Assembly (NCBI GenBank): GCA_949292105.1
Contig: CASEYK010000016.1
Coordinates: 9,256 to 73,255 of the forward strand
Direction: 5' to 3'
Origin: an uncultured bacterium
Lineage (GTDB): Bacteria > Bacillota_I > Bacilli_A > RFN20 > CAG-826
DNA length: 64,000 nucleotides
In this document: piece after piece, positions 43,704-52,249 of the stretch
How the letters are laid out: each line of letters opens with the position of its first letter
How positions within the stretch are numbered: the stretch's first letter is position 1
Notes under the pieces: model-generated
What the model saw: only the letters and a program-made list of their open reading frames with translations
Told to the model about the DNA's origin: nothing
Databases searched by the model: none
Translations under genes and position numbers: made by a program

Positions 43704-44882
43704 TTACTTAAAATTTTCTACTAAATAATGGGCGTTCACAAGCGCCCATTTTAAATTGTATCCGCCACAAAGGCCATCAATGTCTAAAACTTCCCCACCA
43801 AAATAAATGCCTTGCTCTTTTTTAGATTGGAAAAAGTTATCGATTTCATTTATATCTATTCCGCCAATCGTTGCTTGTGAATCATTAAATCCGTAAGTTG
43901 ACACAATAGTAAAAGATAAATTATTTGCTGCCCACAATAATTTTTGCGCATCTTTTCTTGATAGTTTATTATCAATTTTCACATTAGCTTTTTGATAAAT
44001 ATATTGAGCCGTGTTTTGACCGACAAATGGCCATAAAACATTGTCGATTGTTTTATTTATTTTTAATAAGTCGTTTTCACCGATATCGTCACCTAAACAC
44101 TGAATGTTTACCGCTGGATTACTCAATTTATTTCGTTGGATTATACTGCTGAGGTTCATTATTGCAATCCCGCCTAATCCATCATCTTTAAAAACAATTT
44201 CTCCGTTCTCTTGGTGAATAATTTGGTTGTTTGACAAAAGAGCAATCTTCGCTCTTATCTTTTCGCCAAATAAAGGTTTAACTTTTTCTTTGGTTTTCAA
44301 AGCGGTTAGACCAGGCAGTAATCCATTGATTTTATATCCTTTTTTGTTCAGTAGAGCAAAAAGATTACCATTTGATCCTAGTTTAGGAGAAGAGCAACCG
44401 CCGGTAACAATAATTAATCGATTCACCTTTATTTTCTCTCCATTTTCAAAAAAGAGGACTATTTCATTGTTGCTTTTATGCTCGTAATCGATGAGTTTCA
44501 TACCGGTTTTTACCAAAAGATTTGGACAATTGGATATTTGCTGTTGAAGAATTTTTAAGACATTTTTTCCAGAAAGCGAAATGGGATACAAATAGCCCTC
44601 ATGTAGTTCAGTGAGATATATGCCTAATTCTTTTAAAAGTTGGTTTTGTTTTTGAAGAGGAAAATCATCTAACAGTGGTCTTACAAAACATGGTTGATTA
44701 TATTTAGTGGCATCATCGATGATGTTATTAATGTTGCAGCGTCCGTTACCTGCAACAGTAAATTTTTTGCCGATTGTTGCTCCCTGCTCAAAAATAATGA
44801 TTTCGTCATTTGGATATTTTTTATGTAAGAGAAGAGCAGAATAAATTCCACATGCCCCTCCACCAATTAGTGCGATTTTCAT
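43704..44882 (-). CDS. HI0933/BaiN-family FAD-dependent oxidoreductase (YhiN/RdsA-like)
   Basis: IGGGACG, GNGRCN, TGG.S.P..GS.G, GEVLDIDGLCGGYN; start placed at ATG 44882. Confidence 0.88.
   Translation of the reverse strand: MKIALIGGGACGIYSALLLHKKYPNDEIIIFEQGATIGKKFTVAGNGRCNINNIIDDATKYNQPCFVRPLLDDFPLQKQNQLLKELGIYLTELHEGYLYPISLSGKNVLKILQQQISNCPNLLVKTGMKLIDYEHKSNNEIVLFFENGEKIKVNRLIIVTGGCSSPKLGSNGNLFALLNKKGYKINGLLPGLTALKTKEKVKPLFGEKIRAKIALLSNNQIIHQENGEIVFKDDGLGGIAIMNLSSIIQRNKLSNPAVNIQCLGDDIGENDLLKINKTIDNVLWPFVGQNTAQYIYQKANVKIDNKLSRKDAQKLLWAANNLSFTIVSTYGFNDSQATIGGIDINEIDNFFQSKKEQGIYFGGEVLDIDGLCGGYNLKWALVNAHYLVENFK
43727..43752 (+). terminator. Probable yebC terminator embedded in the 3' end of the convergent flavoprotein gene
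   Basis: AATGGGCG-N8-CGCCCATT plus TT; only 6 nt separate the two stop codons. Confidence 0.5.
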
Positions 44883-44888
44883 AGATAT

Positions 44889-44897
44889 AGAATAACA
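44889..44897 (-). promoter_or_regulatory. Extended -10 promoter, probably leaderless HI0933-family transcript
   Basis: Minus strand reads TG-T-TATTCT, 6 nt, then ATG; no SD. Confidence 0.55.
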
Positions 44898-44972
44898 CAA
44901 CTGACCGCAACAATTAAAAGTAATTGACTTTTAAATATTGTTTAGTGTATTTTTATATTCGGCACACGAAAT

Positions 44973-45013
44973 GCCAAAACAAGAAAGTCCCGGTAAAGAC
45001 TAGTTTGTTTGGT
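44973..45013 (+). ncRNA. L13 leader (rplM autoregulatory RNA)
   Basis: Hairpin GCCAAAACAAG...TTTGTTTGGT with inner AGTC-CCGGTAAA-GACT; CCGG loop typical of the Firmicutes L13 leader. Confidence 0.65.
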
Positions 45014-45030
45014 AAAGGAGGATTAAGTTT

Positions 45031-45471
45031 ATGCAACGTCAAACAACTATCGTAAAAGCAAACGAAATCCAAAGAAAATGGTATGTTATTGATGCCACAG
45101 GCTTGCCACTTGGAAGATTAGCTTCTCAAATCGCTCAAATTTTGACAGGACGCAACAAACCAATCTACACTCCACATGTCGATTGTGGTGATTATGTCAT
45201 TGTCATCAATGCTGAAAAAGTTTCTCTTTCAGGCGATAAACTCAATAACAAAAAATATTACAACGTGTCAGGTTATAACGGTGGTTTAAGAACCCGTACA
45301 GCAAGAGAAATGATCGAAGGTTATCCAACCGAACTCATCGAAAGAAGTGTCCACGGCATGGTACCAAAGGGACGTTTAGGTCGTCAAATCGAAAAGAAAC
45401 TCTTTGTTTATAAAGGTCCTAACCATGTTCATGAAGCTCAAAAGCCAGAAGTGCTTGAGCTTAAATTCTAA
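45031..45471 (+). CDS. rplM: 50S ribosomal protein L13
   Basis: [30 protein letters not shown]. Confidence 0.98.
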   Translation: MQRQTTIVKANEIQRKWYVIDATGLPLGRLASQIAQILTGRNKPIYTPHVDCGDYVIVINAEKVSLSGDKLNNKKYYNVSGYNGGLRTRTAREMIEGYPTELIERSVHGMVPKGRLGRQIEKKLFVYKGPNHVHEAQKPEVLELKF

Positions 45472-45482
45472 GGAGGTTTTCC

Positions 45483-45881
45483 ATGGCTAAGAAAAACGAA
45501 GTCCAATATTATGGAACCGGAAGAAGAAAATCTTCCAAAGCCCGCGTTTATATTACCACAGGTAAAGGACGCATTATCGTCAATGGTCGCGATGTCAATG
45601 AATATATGCCATATGCGACATTAGTGATGGATTTAAAACAACCTCTCACTTTAACTGGCACTGATACCAAATACGATGTTCGCGCAGAAGTAGTTGGTGG
45701 TGGATTCACTGGCCAAGCTGGCGCTATTCGTTTAGGTATTGCAAGAGCTTTGTTAGAGGCTGGATGTGATCGACAAGTGTTGAAAGGCAACGGAATGTTG
45801 ACAAGAGATTCCCGCGCTAAAGAACGTAAGAAATACGGTTTGAAAGCCGCTCGTCGCGCTCCACAATTCTCGAAACGTTAA
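45483..45881 (+). CDS. rpsI: 30S ribosomal protein S9
   Basis: [39 protein letters not shown]. Confidence 0.98.
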   Translation: MAKKNEVQYYGTGRRKSSKARVYITTGKGRIIVNGRDVNEYMPYATLVMDLKQPLTLTGTDTKYDVRAEVVGGGFTGQAGAIRLGIARALLEAGCDRQVLKGNGMLTRDSRAKERKKYGLKAARRAPQFSKR

Positions 45882-45902
45882 TTCGTTTCTGCTTAAACAA
45901 TC

Positions 45903-45934
45903 AAAAGATCACCACTTGTTGGTGGTCTTTTTTT
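45903..45934 (+). terminator. Intrinsic terminator after rpsI
   Basis: AAAAGATCACCA/TGGTGGTCTTTT stem plus T-run. Confidence 0.85.
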
Positions 45935-45983
45935 ATCAACAAAATTTATCATTTTACATAGTAAATATATTGCAAAAATACCA

Positions 45984-46012
45984 TTGCATTTTTATTGTTT
46001 GTATTGTATAGT
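45984..46012 (+). promoter_or_regulatory. tRNA cluster promoter
   Basis: TTGCAT-17 bp-TATAGT, 19 nt before tRNA-Ile. Confidence 0.7.
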
Positions 46013-46031
46013 AAGTAAGCGTCGTGCAAGC

Positions 46032-46108
<77 letters not shown>

Positions 46109-46219
46109 TTTAATTCCCTAGCGCACGAAAAGCGGGTAGTGGAACAATTGATTAGTTCCACGTTTTTTAAAAACAGAATGATTGAATTTCCTCTCCCTTT
46201 TTGTCGGTAGTGAAGAAAC

Positions 46220-46294
46220 GGACACTTAGTTCAGCGGGAGAACGCTTCCTTCACACGGAAGAGGTCACAGGTTCAATCCCTGTAGTGTCCACCA
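46220..46294 (+). tRNA. tRNA-Val(CAC)
   Basis: Acceptor GGACACT/AGTGTCC, anticodon stem CTTCC/GGAAG with loop TT-CAC-AC, CCA. Confidence 0.95.
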
Positions 46295-46302
46295 TCTAAT
46301 GT

Positions 46303-46379
46303 GCCGTCTTAGCTCAACCAGGCAGAGCAACTGATTTGTAATCAGTAGGTTGTAGGTTCGATTCCTATAGACGGCACCA
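46303..46379 (+). tRNA. tRNA-Thr(TGT)
   Basis: Acceptor GCCGTCT/AGACGGC, stem ACTGA/TCAGT with loop TT-TGT-AA, CCA. Confidence 0.96.
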
Positions 46380-46390
46380 TTATTATTTAT

Positions 46391-46475
46391 GCAGCTGTGG
46401 CGGAACTGGCAGACGCACTAGACTTAGGATCTAGCGAGGAAACTCATGCAGGTTCAATTCCTGTCAGCTGCACCA
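46391..46475 (+). tRNA. tRNA-Leu(TAG)
   Basis: Acceptor GCAGCTG/CAGCTGC, loop CT-TAG-GA, long variable arm, CCA. Confidence 0.96.
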
Positions 46476-46488
46476 GAAGATGAAGATT

Positions 46489-46515
46489 ACTATGTTGTGA
46501 AGACATAGTTTTTTT
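46489..46515 (+). terminator. Terminator of tRNA cluster
   Basis: ACTATGT/ACATAGT stem plus T-run. Confidence 0.75.
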
Positions 46516-46623
46516 ATTTATATGAATCGCATATGCGCGTGTCTGATGCATAAGAAATTTAAATGCTTCCAAACGACAGATCATTTCTTTTATATTTTTT
46601 GATATTTTGTTTTAAAAAAAGTA

Positions 46624-46674
46624 TTGACTAACTCAAAAACAGATGTATTATTAGTGTGTATGGTATCGTTCCCA
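46624..46674 (+). promoter_or_regulatory. Fructan operon promoter and LacI-family operator
   Basis: TTGACT-16 bp-TATTAT, then the imperfect CG-centred palindrome TGGTATCGTTCCCA (46661-46674); LacI gene in the same operon. Confidence 0.7.
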
Positions 46675-46690
46675 CAAGGAGAATTTTGCA

Positions 46691-48031
46691 ATGAGAAATT
46701 TTAAATTACCAATTTTATTGTCTCTTGTCATGGCGGGCGCTTTAGCAATGACTGGATGTGGAAAATCATCAGAGGATGAAAGCGGCGTCAAGATTATTAC
46801 TGTTTGGGTTCACAAGAATGAAACAGAAGATGAAGGCAAAATTTACAAGCAAATTCAAACTAATTTCAACAATGCTGGGTTAACAACTTCAACTGGTCTC
46901 CAATTAAAAATGTCTATGTCGTTTTGGGGTTCAACTCTTGAAGATAAAATTAATGCTTCTATTATGACTAATTCCTTACCGGATATCATCGCTGTAGATA
47001 GTTCAGATGTAGCAGCAAAAGTGTATAACGATATTATTGTTTCATTTGATGAGTATTTAGATTCTGAAACAAAAAATTCCTATGTCGATAGTGTAATTCA
47101 ACAAGGCACGATCGATGGCAAAATGTACTTTTTATCGGGTATGGAAGCTCCGGGAGGCTTGTACTACAATAAAACCCTTCTTAAATCAGTTGGTTACACT
47201 GATGATGATTTTGGAACATGGGAAAATCCTTGGTCTTGGAAAGATGTTCACGAGGCTCAAGAAAAATTAAAAGCTGCAGGTTTAGAATATCAAATCGCAC
47301 TAAACCAAAATTTTGGCACAGATGGAAATATGTATTTATATTCCGGTCTCGTTTATTCAGCTGGTGCAACATTTGGTGAAGAAAATCATGTTACTGAAGC
47401 TTTGACAACTGACGAAGCCATTGCGGGCATATCACAACTTGAATTATTCTATTCAAACGAAGGTTTGTCGAGCAATGAATCTTGGGTCTATAGCGGAACA
47501 AATGAAAATGCTTTTGCTTCAGAACTCATTCCTTTTGAAATTCACGGACCTTGGGATGCTAGAAAAATTAAAAAAGCTGATTCCAACTTTAAAAATGAGT
47601 ATGGTATCATGCCATATCCTGTTTATGAAGATGAAAATGGCAATAAGAGCGACATAATTGCTATTCCTTGTGGATCGTATGGTTTTGGTATCACTAATGA
47701 CTGTAAAAATGTTGAAGCAGCAACTATTGCTTTGACCTATTTAACTGGTGCTGATGCGTCAAAAATGATGTATGACGCTATCGGAACTTTCCCAACAAAC
47801 AAAGCTTTATTGGAAAGTATGGATGAATTTAAAAGTGGACCAGAAAAAGATTTAGCTGATTATTTGGTTAAAAATCAATACACAAGGCCACAAATGGTTA
47901 AATATCCAATATTAAAAGATGCTTATGGCGAAGTTTTAAACTATATCAAAAATATGAACCTCGTCTCTAATTACAACTTAGAACAACAAATCAGAGAACA
48001 AATGACAAGAGTCGATGACGCAAGAGCATAG
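46691..48031 (+). CDS. Carbohydrate ABC transporter substrate-binding lipoprotein
   Basis: Lipobox AMTG-C, LPDII, LYYNK..L, HGPW. Confidence 0.9.
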   Translation: MRNFKLPILLSLVMAGALAMTGCGKSSEDESGVKIITVWVHKNETEDEGKIYKQIQTNFNNAGLTTSTGLQLKMSMSFWGSTLEDKINASIMTNSLPDIIAVDSSDVAAKVYNDIIVSFDEYLDSETKNSYVDSVIQQGTIDGKMYFLSGMEAPGGLYYNKTLLKSVGYTDDDFGTWENPWSWKDVHEAQEKLKAAGLEYQIALNQNFGTDGNMYLYSGLVYSAGATFGEENHVTEALTTDEAIAGISQLELFYSNEGLSSNESWVYSGTNENAFASELIPFEIHGPWDARKIKKADSNFKNEYGIMPYPVYEDENGNKSDIIAIPCGSYGFGITNDCKNVEAATIALTYLTGADASKMMYDAIGTFPTNKALLESMDEFKSGPEKDLADYLVKNQYTRPQMVKYPILKDAYGEVLNYIKNMNLVSNYNLEQQIREQMTRVDDARA

Positions 48032-48035
48032 CAAT

Positions 48036-48971
48036 ATGAAAATTGAAAATGTTGTTGCCAAAAGAAAACGAAATTCTTTTACACTCGGCAAGACTGAATA
48101 CAATACAAAAGAAGCATTGGCTGGTATCTTGTTTTTAGCGCCTTGCTTTATTCTTGCGGTAATCTTTGTTTTTCTACCAATTGTCATTTCGCTGGCATAT
48201 GCTTTCACTGATGCTAATATGTTGCGGCTAAATAAAGCTGAATTTATTTGGTTTGATAATTTTATAAGGGCCTTCAATGATGTTGAAATTAGGAACGCCT
48301 TAAAAAACACACTCATTTTCGTTTTAGGTGTTATGCCATTACAATTTGGTACAGCGTTAGGCTTAGCTTTGCTGCTCAATAAAATAAAAAGATTTAACAC
48401 TTTCTTTAGATGGGCATTCTTTGCTCCTGTGATGCTCTCTTTGGCTGTGACTTCTATGTTGTGGATGAATCTATTAAATCCACAAGAAGGACTGATTAAT
48501 ACTTTTTTATTGGCACTTGGAGCAAATCCAATGCTGTTTTTAGAAGATCCTAACCAAGCGATGGGTTGCATAATTTTTATTTCTGCATGGCAAGGTGCAG
48601 GTTACCAAATGTTGATCATTTTAAGTGGTTTAAAAAATATTCCAAAAGATATGTATGAGGCTGCAAGTATCGATCGCGCTAACAAGTGGCAACAATTTTT
48701 GCATGTAACCCTTCCATCGTTAAAACCAACCCTTGTTTTCGTTTTTATTACAATGCTTATTGGTGCTTTTAGGATTTGCGTTCAGCCGATGATTATGACT
48801 GGTGGTGGACCTTTGGGTTCAACTATGACAATGTCATATTACATTTACAAAACTGGCGTTGAATACCGCGATGTAGGTTATTCAAGTGCTATTGCGCTCT
48901 TATACACAATCATTATTGCAACAATTTCATTAACATTAAGAAAAGTGTTAGGAGGGGACAACCAAGCATAA
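48036..48971 (+). CDS. Carbohydrate ABC transporter permease (MalF-like); start may be 48015
   Basis: FLAP, FDNF, EAA loop YEAASIDRA, GYSSAIA. Confidence 0.92.
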   Translation: MKIENVVAKRKRNSFTLGKTEYNTKEALAGILFLAPCFILAVIFVFLPIVISLAYAFTDANMLRLNKAEFIWFDNFIRAFNDVEIRNALKNTLIFVLGVMPLQFGTALGLALLLNKIKRFNTFFRWAFFAPVMLSLAVTSMLWMNLLNPQEGLINTFLLALGANPMLFLEDPNQAMGCIIFISAWQGAGYQMLIILSGLKNIPKDMYEAASIDRANKWQQFLHVTLPSLKPTLVFVFITMLIGAFRICVQPMIMTGGGPLGSTMTMSYYIYKTGVEYRDVGYSSAIALLYTIIIATISLTLRKVLGGDNQA

Positions 48972-48972
48972 T

Positions 48973-49884
48973 ATGGAAAATATCAATGTCAATCAAATTC
49001 CAACCCTTCACAAACCTAGAAAGAAAATTTCGTTTGGCAAAATCGTTATCAAAATTTTATTTGCTCTTCTTTGCCTCGCTCTAGCTTTTATCTTCTTATT
49101 TCCAGTTGTTTGGATGGTTTCCAATTCATTTAAAACAGATGAACAAGTGTACGCTCAAATGACGAGCATTTGGACCTTTTTTCCTCCTTCTTGGAATATA
49201 AGTGAATGGTTTGTATCATATATCAAACTATTCCAAACATTTGAATATTTTGGTCGTTCAATTTTAAATTCAATTTTATATTGTACAGTTACTATTGTTG
49301 CTGTTTTGGTCATCAATTCTTTAGCGGGATATGCTCTAGCAAGATTTAAATTTCCTGGCAACAAAGCCATGACAACCGTTATTTTGCTTTTGATGATTAT
49401 TCCTGTTGAAACAAGTATCGTTCCAACATACTTAATTCTTTATTACTTAGGATTATTGAGTGAACCTGTAAATATTATTGGTTACTTATTGCCCGGCTTT
49501 GCTTCGCTTTTTTATACATACATGTTTAGACAATATTTTTTGGGTATGCCAATTGAAATAGAAGAAGCAGCACGCATTGATGGATGCTCGAGAATTGGCG
49601 TGTTTTTCCGCATGATTGTTCCATTAGCTAAACCTATTTTTGCAACAGTAGCTATTTTCACATTTATGGGACAATGGAATGAGTACATCTTTGCACAATT
49701 TATGTTTCCTAATCCTGCATATCAACCGCTTCAAGTATTTTTACAACTAGTTAATACAGCCACCCCGAAAGATATTGGTGTTGTTATGGCTTCTTTGACC
49801 TTTTCAACAATTCCAATCGCCTTAGTTTACATCTTCGCTCAAAAATATATCGTCGAAGGAGTCAGTTTTACTGGTCTAAAATAA
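48973..49884 (+). CDS. Carbohydrate ABC transporter permease (MalG-like)
   Basis: LAGYALAR, EEAARIDG, WNEY, QKYIVEG. Confidence 0.92.
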   Translation: MENINVNQIPTLHKPRKKISFGKIVIKILFALLCLALAFIFLFPVVWMVSNSFKTDEQVYAQMTSIWTFFPPSWNISEWFVSYIKLFQTFEYFGRSILNSILYCTVTIVAVLVINSLAGYALARFKFPGNKAMTTVILLLMIIPVETSIVPTYLILYYLGLLSEPVNIIGYLLPGFASLFYTYMFRQYFLGMPIEIEEAARIDGCSRIGVFFRMIVPLAKPIFATVAIFTFMGQWNEYIFAQFMFPNPAYQPLQVFLQLVNTATPKDIGVVMASLTFSTIPIALVYIFAQKYIVEGVSFTGLK

Positions 49885-49885
49885 T

Positions 49886-52249
49886 ATGAAAAAAAGTTTA
49901 TCCTTATTAACCGCTGTCTTTTCTCTTTCAATCGTTCTTTCGGCTTGTCAATCTAATGATGACGAGCCTAATTATAATAAACATTTGCTTGCTTATTTTG
50001 AATTCAAACAAAATAATCAAAGCCTTTTAATTGATTCTTTAAATAATGTCGATCCTGTGAATGTTAATTATCATTTACTCGATTCATCGACTATTTCAGA
50101 ACCTAAAAATGTTCAATTTAAAGAAGGCATTTTCAATGAAGCAATGGTTTTTGATGGATATTCAACTTTTGCGAGTATCGAAAGCAGTGAATTAATGATT
50201 TCAGGGTCTAATTTTTCTATCAGCGCTTGGATTGCTCCTCGCTCATATAATTGGTCAGATCAAAACAGCGATGATGATTTAATTCAAGCCATTGCTAGCC
50301 AATATTACAAAGATGATTCATTCGCTATGGGCTTTCAGCTTGGTTATAGACGCGATGGCAAGGTCACATTTGGGGTTGGGACTGAAAGCGGATGGTATCA
50401 ACTATATGATGAAGGTAGCCCAATCAATCGTTATGAATGGAACCATATCTTAGCTACTTTTGATGGTGTAAATGGATCAATTCGATTATATGTGAACGGC
50501 AAAATCGCCAATCGTCTAGAAATTGAAAAAAATAGTAAAATTGTCGGATGCGATTTGCCTCTGTTAATTGGTAAAAACACTGTCTCAACTTCTTCAGGGG
50601 ATTGTTCAGAAGGAGTGATTTCTGGTCTACTTGATGAACTGAGATTGTACAATACTACGCTCTCTTATGATGACTACAAAGATTATTATTCTTCATGCCT
50701 AGTTAACGGCGAAATCAAAGATGTAAATTTTGAAGACGTATGGATTCAAAATACTTTAACTGACGATTTATACAAACCACAATACCATGGTGGCCCATAC
50801 GAACATTGGATGAATGAACCTCACGCCCCAATTTATTATAACGGTGTCTATCATTTATTTTTCCAATTCAATGAAAATGGTCCATATTTTAATGATGCCA
50901 AAGGAATTGCATGGGGCCATTTAACAAGTACAGACATGGTCGAATGGACACCTAGAAAAGAAGTAATTGTGCCAACGGCTAATACTGTTTGTCCAGATGG
51001 AGTTTGGTCGGGAGGGGCAACTTATGATAAAGATGGCGTCCCAGTGTTATTTTTTACTGCCGGTGACTATACTCATTCTGGCATGATTTCAAATCAAAAT
51101 ATTGGTCTTGCAACACCTAAAGATTTAAGCGATCCATATTTGACAGAATGGGTCGTTTCGGATGAGTTGGCCGTCGAACAAAAAAGTGGGCAAGGAAGAA
51201 CGGGCGAATTCCGCGACTGCCACTTAATTAAAGATGGCGAAAATTATTATATGTTAGTTGGTAGTGGCGATGAAAATTCAAATCGCGGGACAGTTTTAAT
51301 CTACACGACTAATACAAGTAAAAATGATTATTTTCACAACTGGGAATATAAAGGTCATTTATTTGACTATGCAAATAATGATTCAAAATATGGCACATCA
51401 TGGGAATTGCCGGTGCTTCTCCCCTTAAAAGATGAAAACGGGAATGACTCAAACAAATGGGTTTTAATAATCTCCCCAGCACCGGCTTCCACCGCTGATA
51501 ATAACATCATCTATTGGATTGGCGAGTTTGACAAAAATACATGTCGATTTGTCTCTGATTTTGCTGGTCCTAGAAGAATGGACTATGGTAAAAATGTTTT
51601 TACTGGTCCGAGCGGCTTTATCGATCCAAACACTGGTGAGGCTATGATGTTTTCAATTATGCAATCGCAAAGAGAATCAAGCGATTTAGCAAGTTCAGGT
51701 TGGTCACATAATGTTGGGTTAACAAGACGCTTAAGATACAATTCTCAAACAAACGATTTAAGTATTTCAATTATTGATAATGTTTCCAATTTATCAACCG
51801 GCGTTTTATACGACGCAACTAATTGTACAATTAGTGATATCAACCGAGCGATTTCTAATATTAAATCAGACATGTTTAATATCAAAATCGTTATCAACAA
51901 TCTAACTTCAAAATTTTCAATTAAAACAAGAATGACAGAATCACAAAGCGAATATACACTAATCTACGCTGATCCATCTAGCAATATAGTTGGAGCAGTT
52001 AATACATTAAATTTGAATAATTCATCATTAAGTTCAGGTGAATTTATTGGAAATATAAATGATTGCAGTCAATTATCAATAGATTTATATGTCGACCGCA
52101 GCCAAATCGAAGTAGTGTTCAATGATGAAAAGACAATCTCGTGCCGAAGTTATCCAAAGGATTTAAACGCTCTATTAACGCAACTTGAAGGTAGTGAAGA
52201 CATAGTAATCGACAGTTTTGTTATGAGTCAAATGAGGTCTATTTTCTAA
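49886..52249 (+). CDS. Surface lipoprotein: LamG domain + GH32 of the CFTase/endo-inulinase type
   Basis: Lipobox VLSA-C; LamG motifs FSISAWI, WNHILATFDG, LYVNG, GLLDELRLYN; GH32 WMNEPHAP, DGVWSG, FRD, WELPVL. Confidence 0.85.
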   Translation: MKKSLSLLTAVFSLSIVLSACQSNDDEPNYNKHLLAYFEFKQNNQSLLIDSLNNVDPVNVNYHLLDSSTISEPKNVQFKEGIFNEAMVFDGYSTFASIESSELMISGSNFSISAWIAPRSYNWSDQNSDDDLIQAIASQYYKDDSFAMGFQLGYRRDGKVTFGVGTESGWYQLYDEGSPINRYEWNHILATFDGVNGSIRLYVNGKIANRLEIEKNSKIVGCDLPLLIGKNTVSTSSGDCSEGVISGLLDELRLYNTTLSYDDYKDYYSSCLVNGEIKDVNFEDVWIQNTLTDDLYKPQYHGGPYEHWMNEPHAPIYYNGVYHLFFQFNENGPYFNDAKGIAWGHLTSTDMVEWTPRKEVIVPTANTVCPDGVWSGGATYDKDGVPVLFFTAGDYTHSGMISNQNIGLATPKDLSDPYLTEWVVSDELAVEQKSGQGRTGEFRDCHLIKDGENYYMLVGSGDENSNRGTVLIYTTNTSKNDYFHNWEYKGHLFDYANNDSKYGTSWELPVLLPLKDENGNDSNKWVLIISPAPASTADNNIIYWIGEFDKNTCRFVSDFAGPRRMDYGKNVFTGPSGFIDPNTGEAMMFSIMQSQRESSDLASSGWSHNVGLTRRLRYNSQTNDLSISIIDNVSNLSTGVLYDATNCTISDINRAISNIKSDMFNIKIVINNLTSKFSIKTRMTESQSEYTLIYADPSSNIVGAVNTLNLNNSSLSSGEFIGNINDCSQLSIDLYVDRSQIEVVFNDEKTISCRSYPKDLNALLTQLEGSEDIVIDSFVMSQMRSIF

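Noticed and set aside
46522-46602. 26-codon ORF and short palindrome (CGCATATGCG) between the tRNA terminator and the fructan promoter
   Set aside because: No SD, no recognisable motif, and no att-like repeat of a tRNA 3' end in the window.
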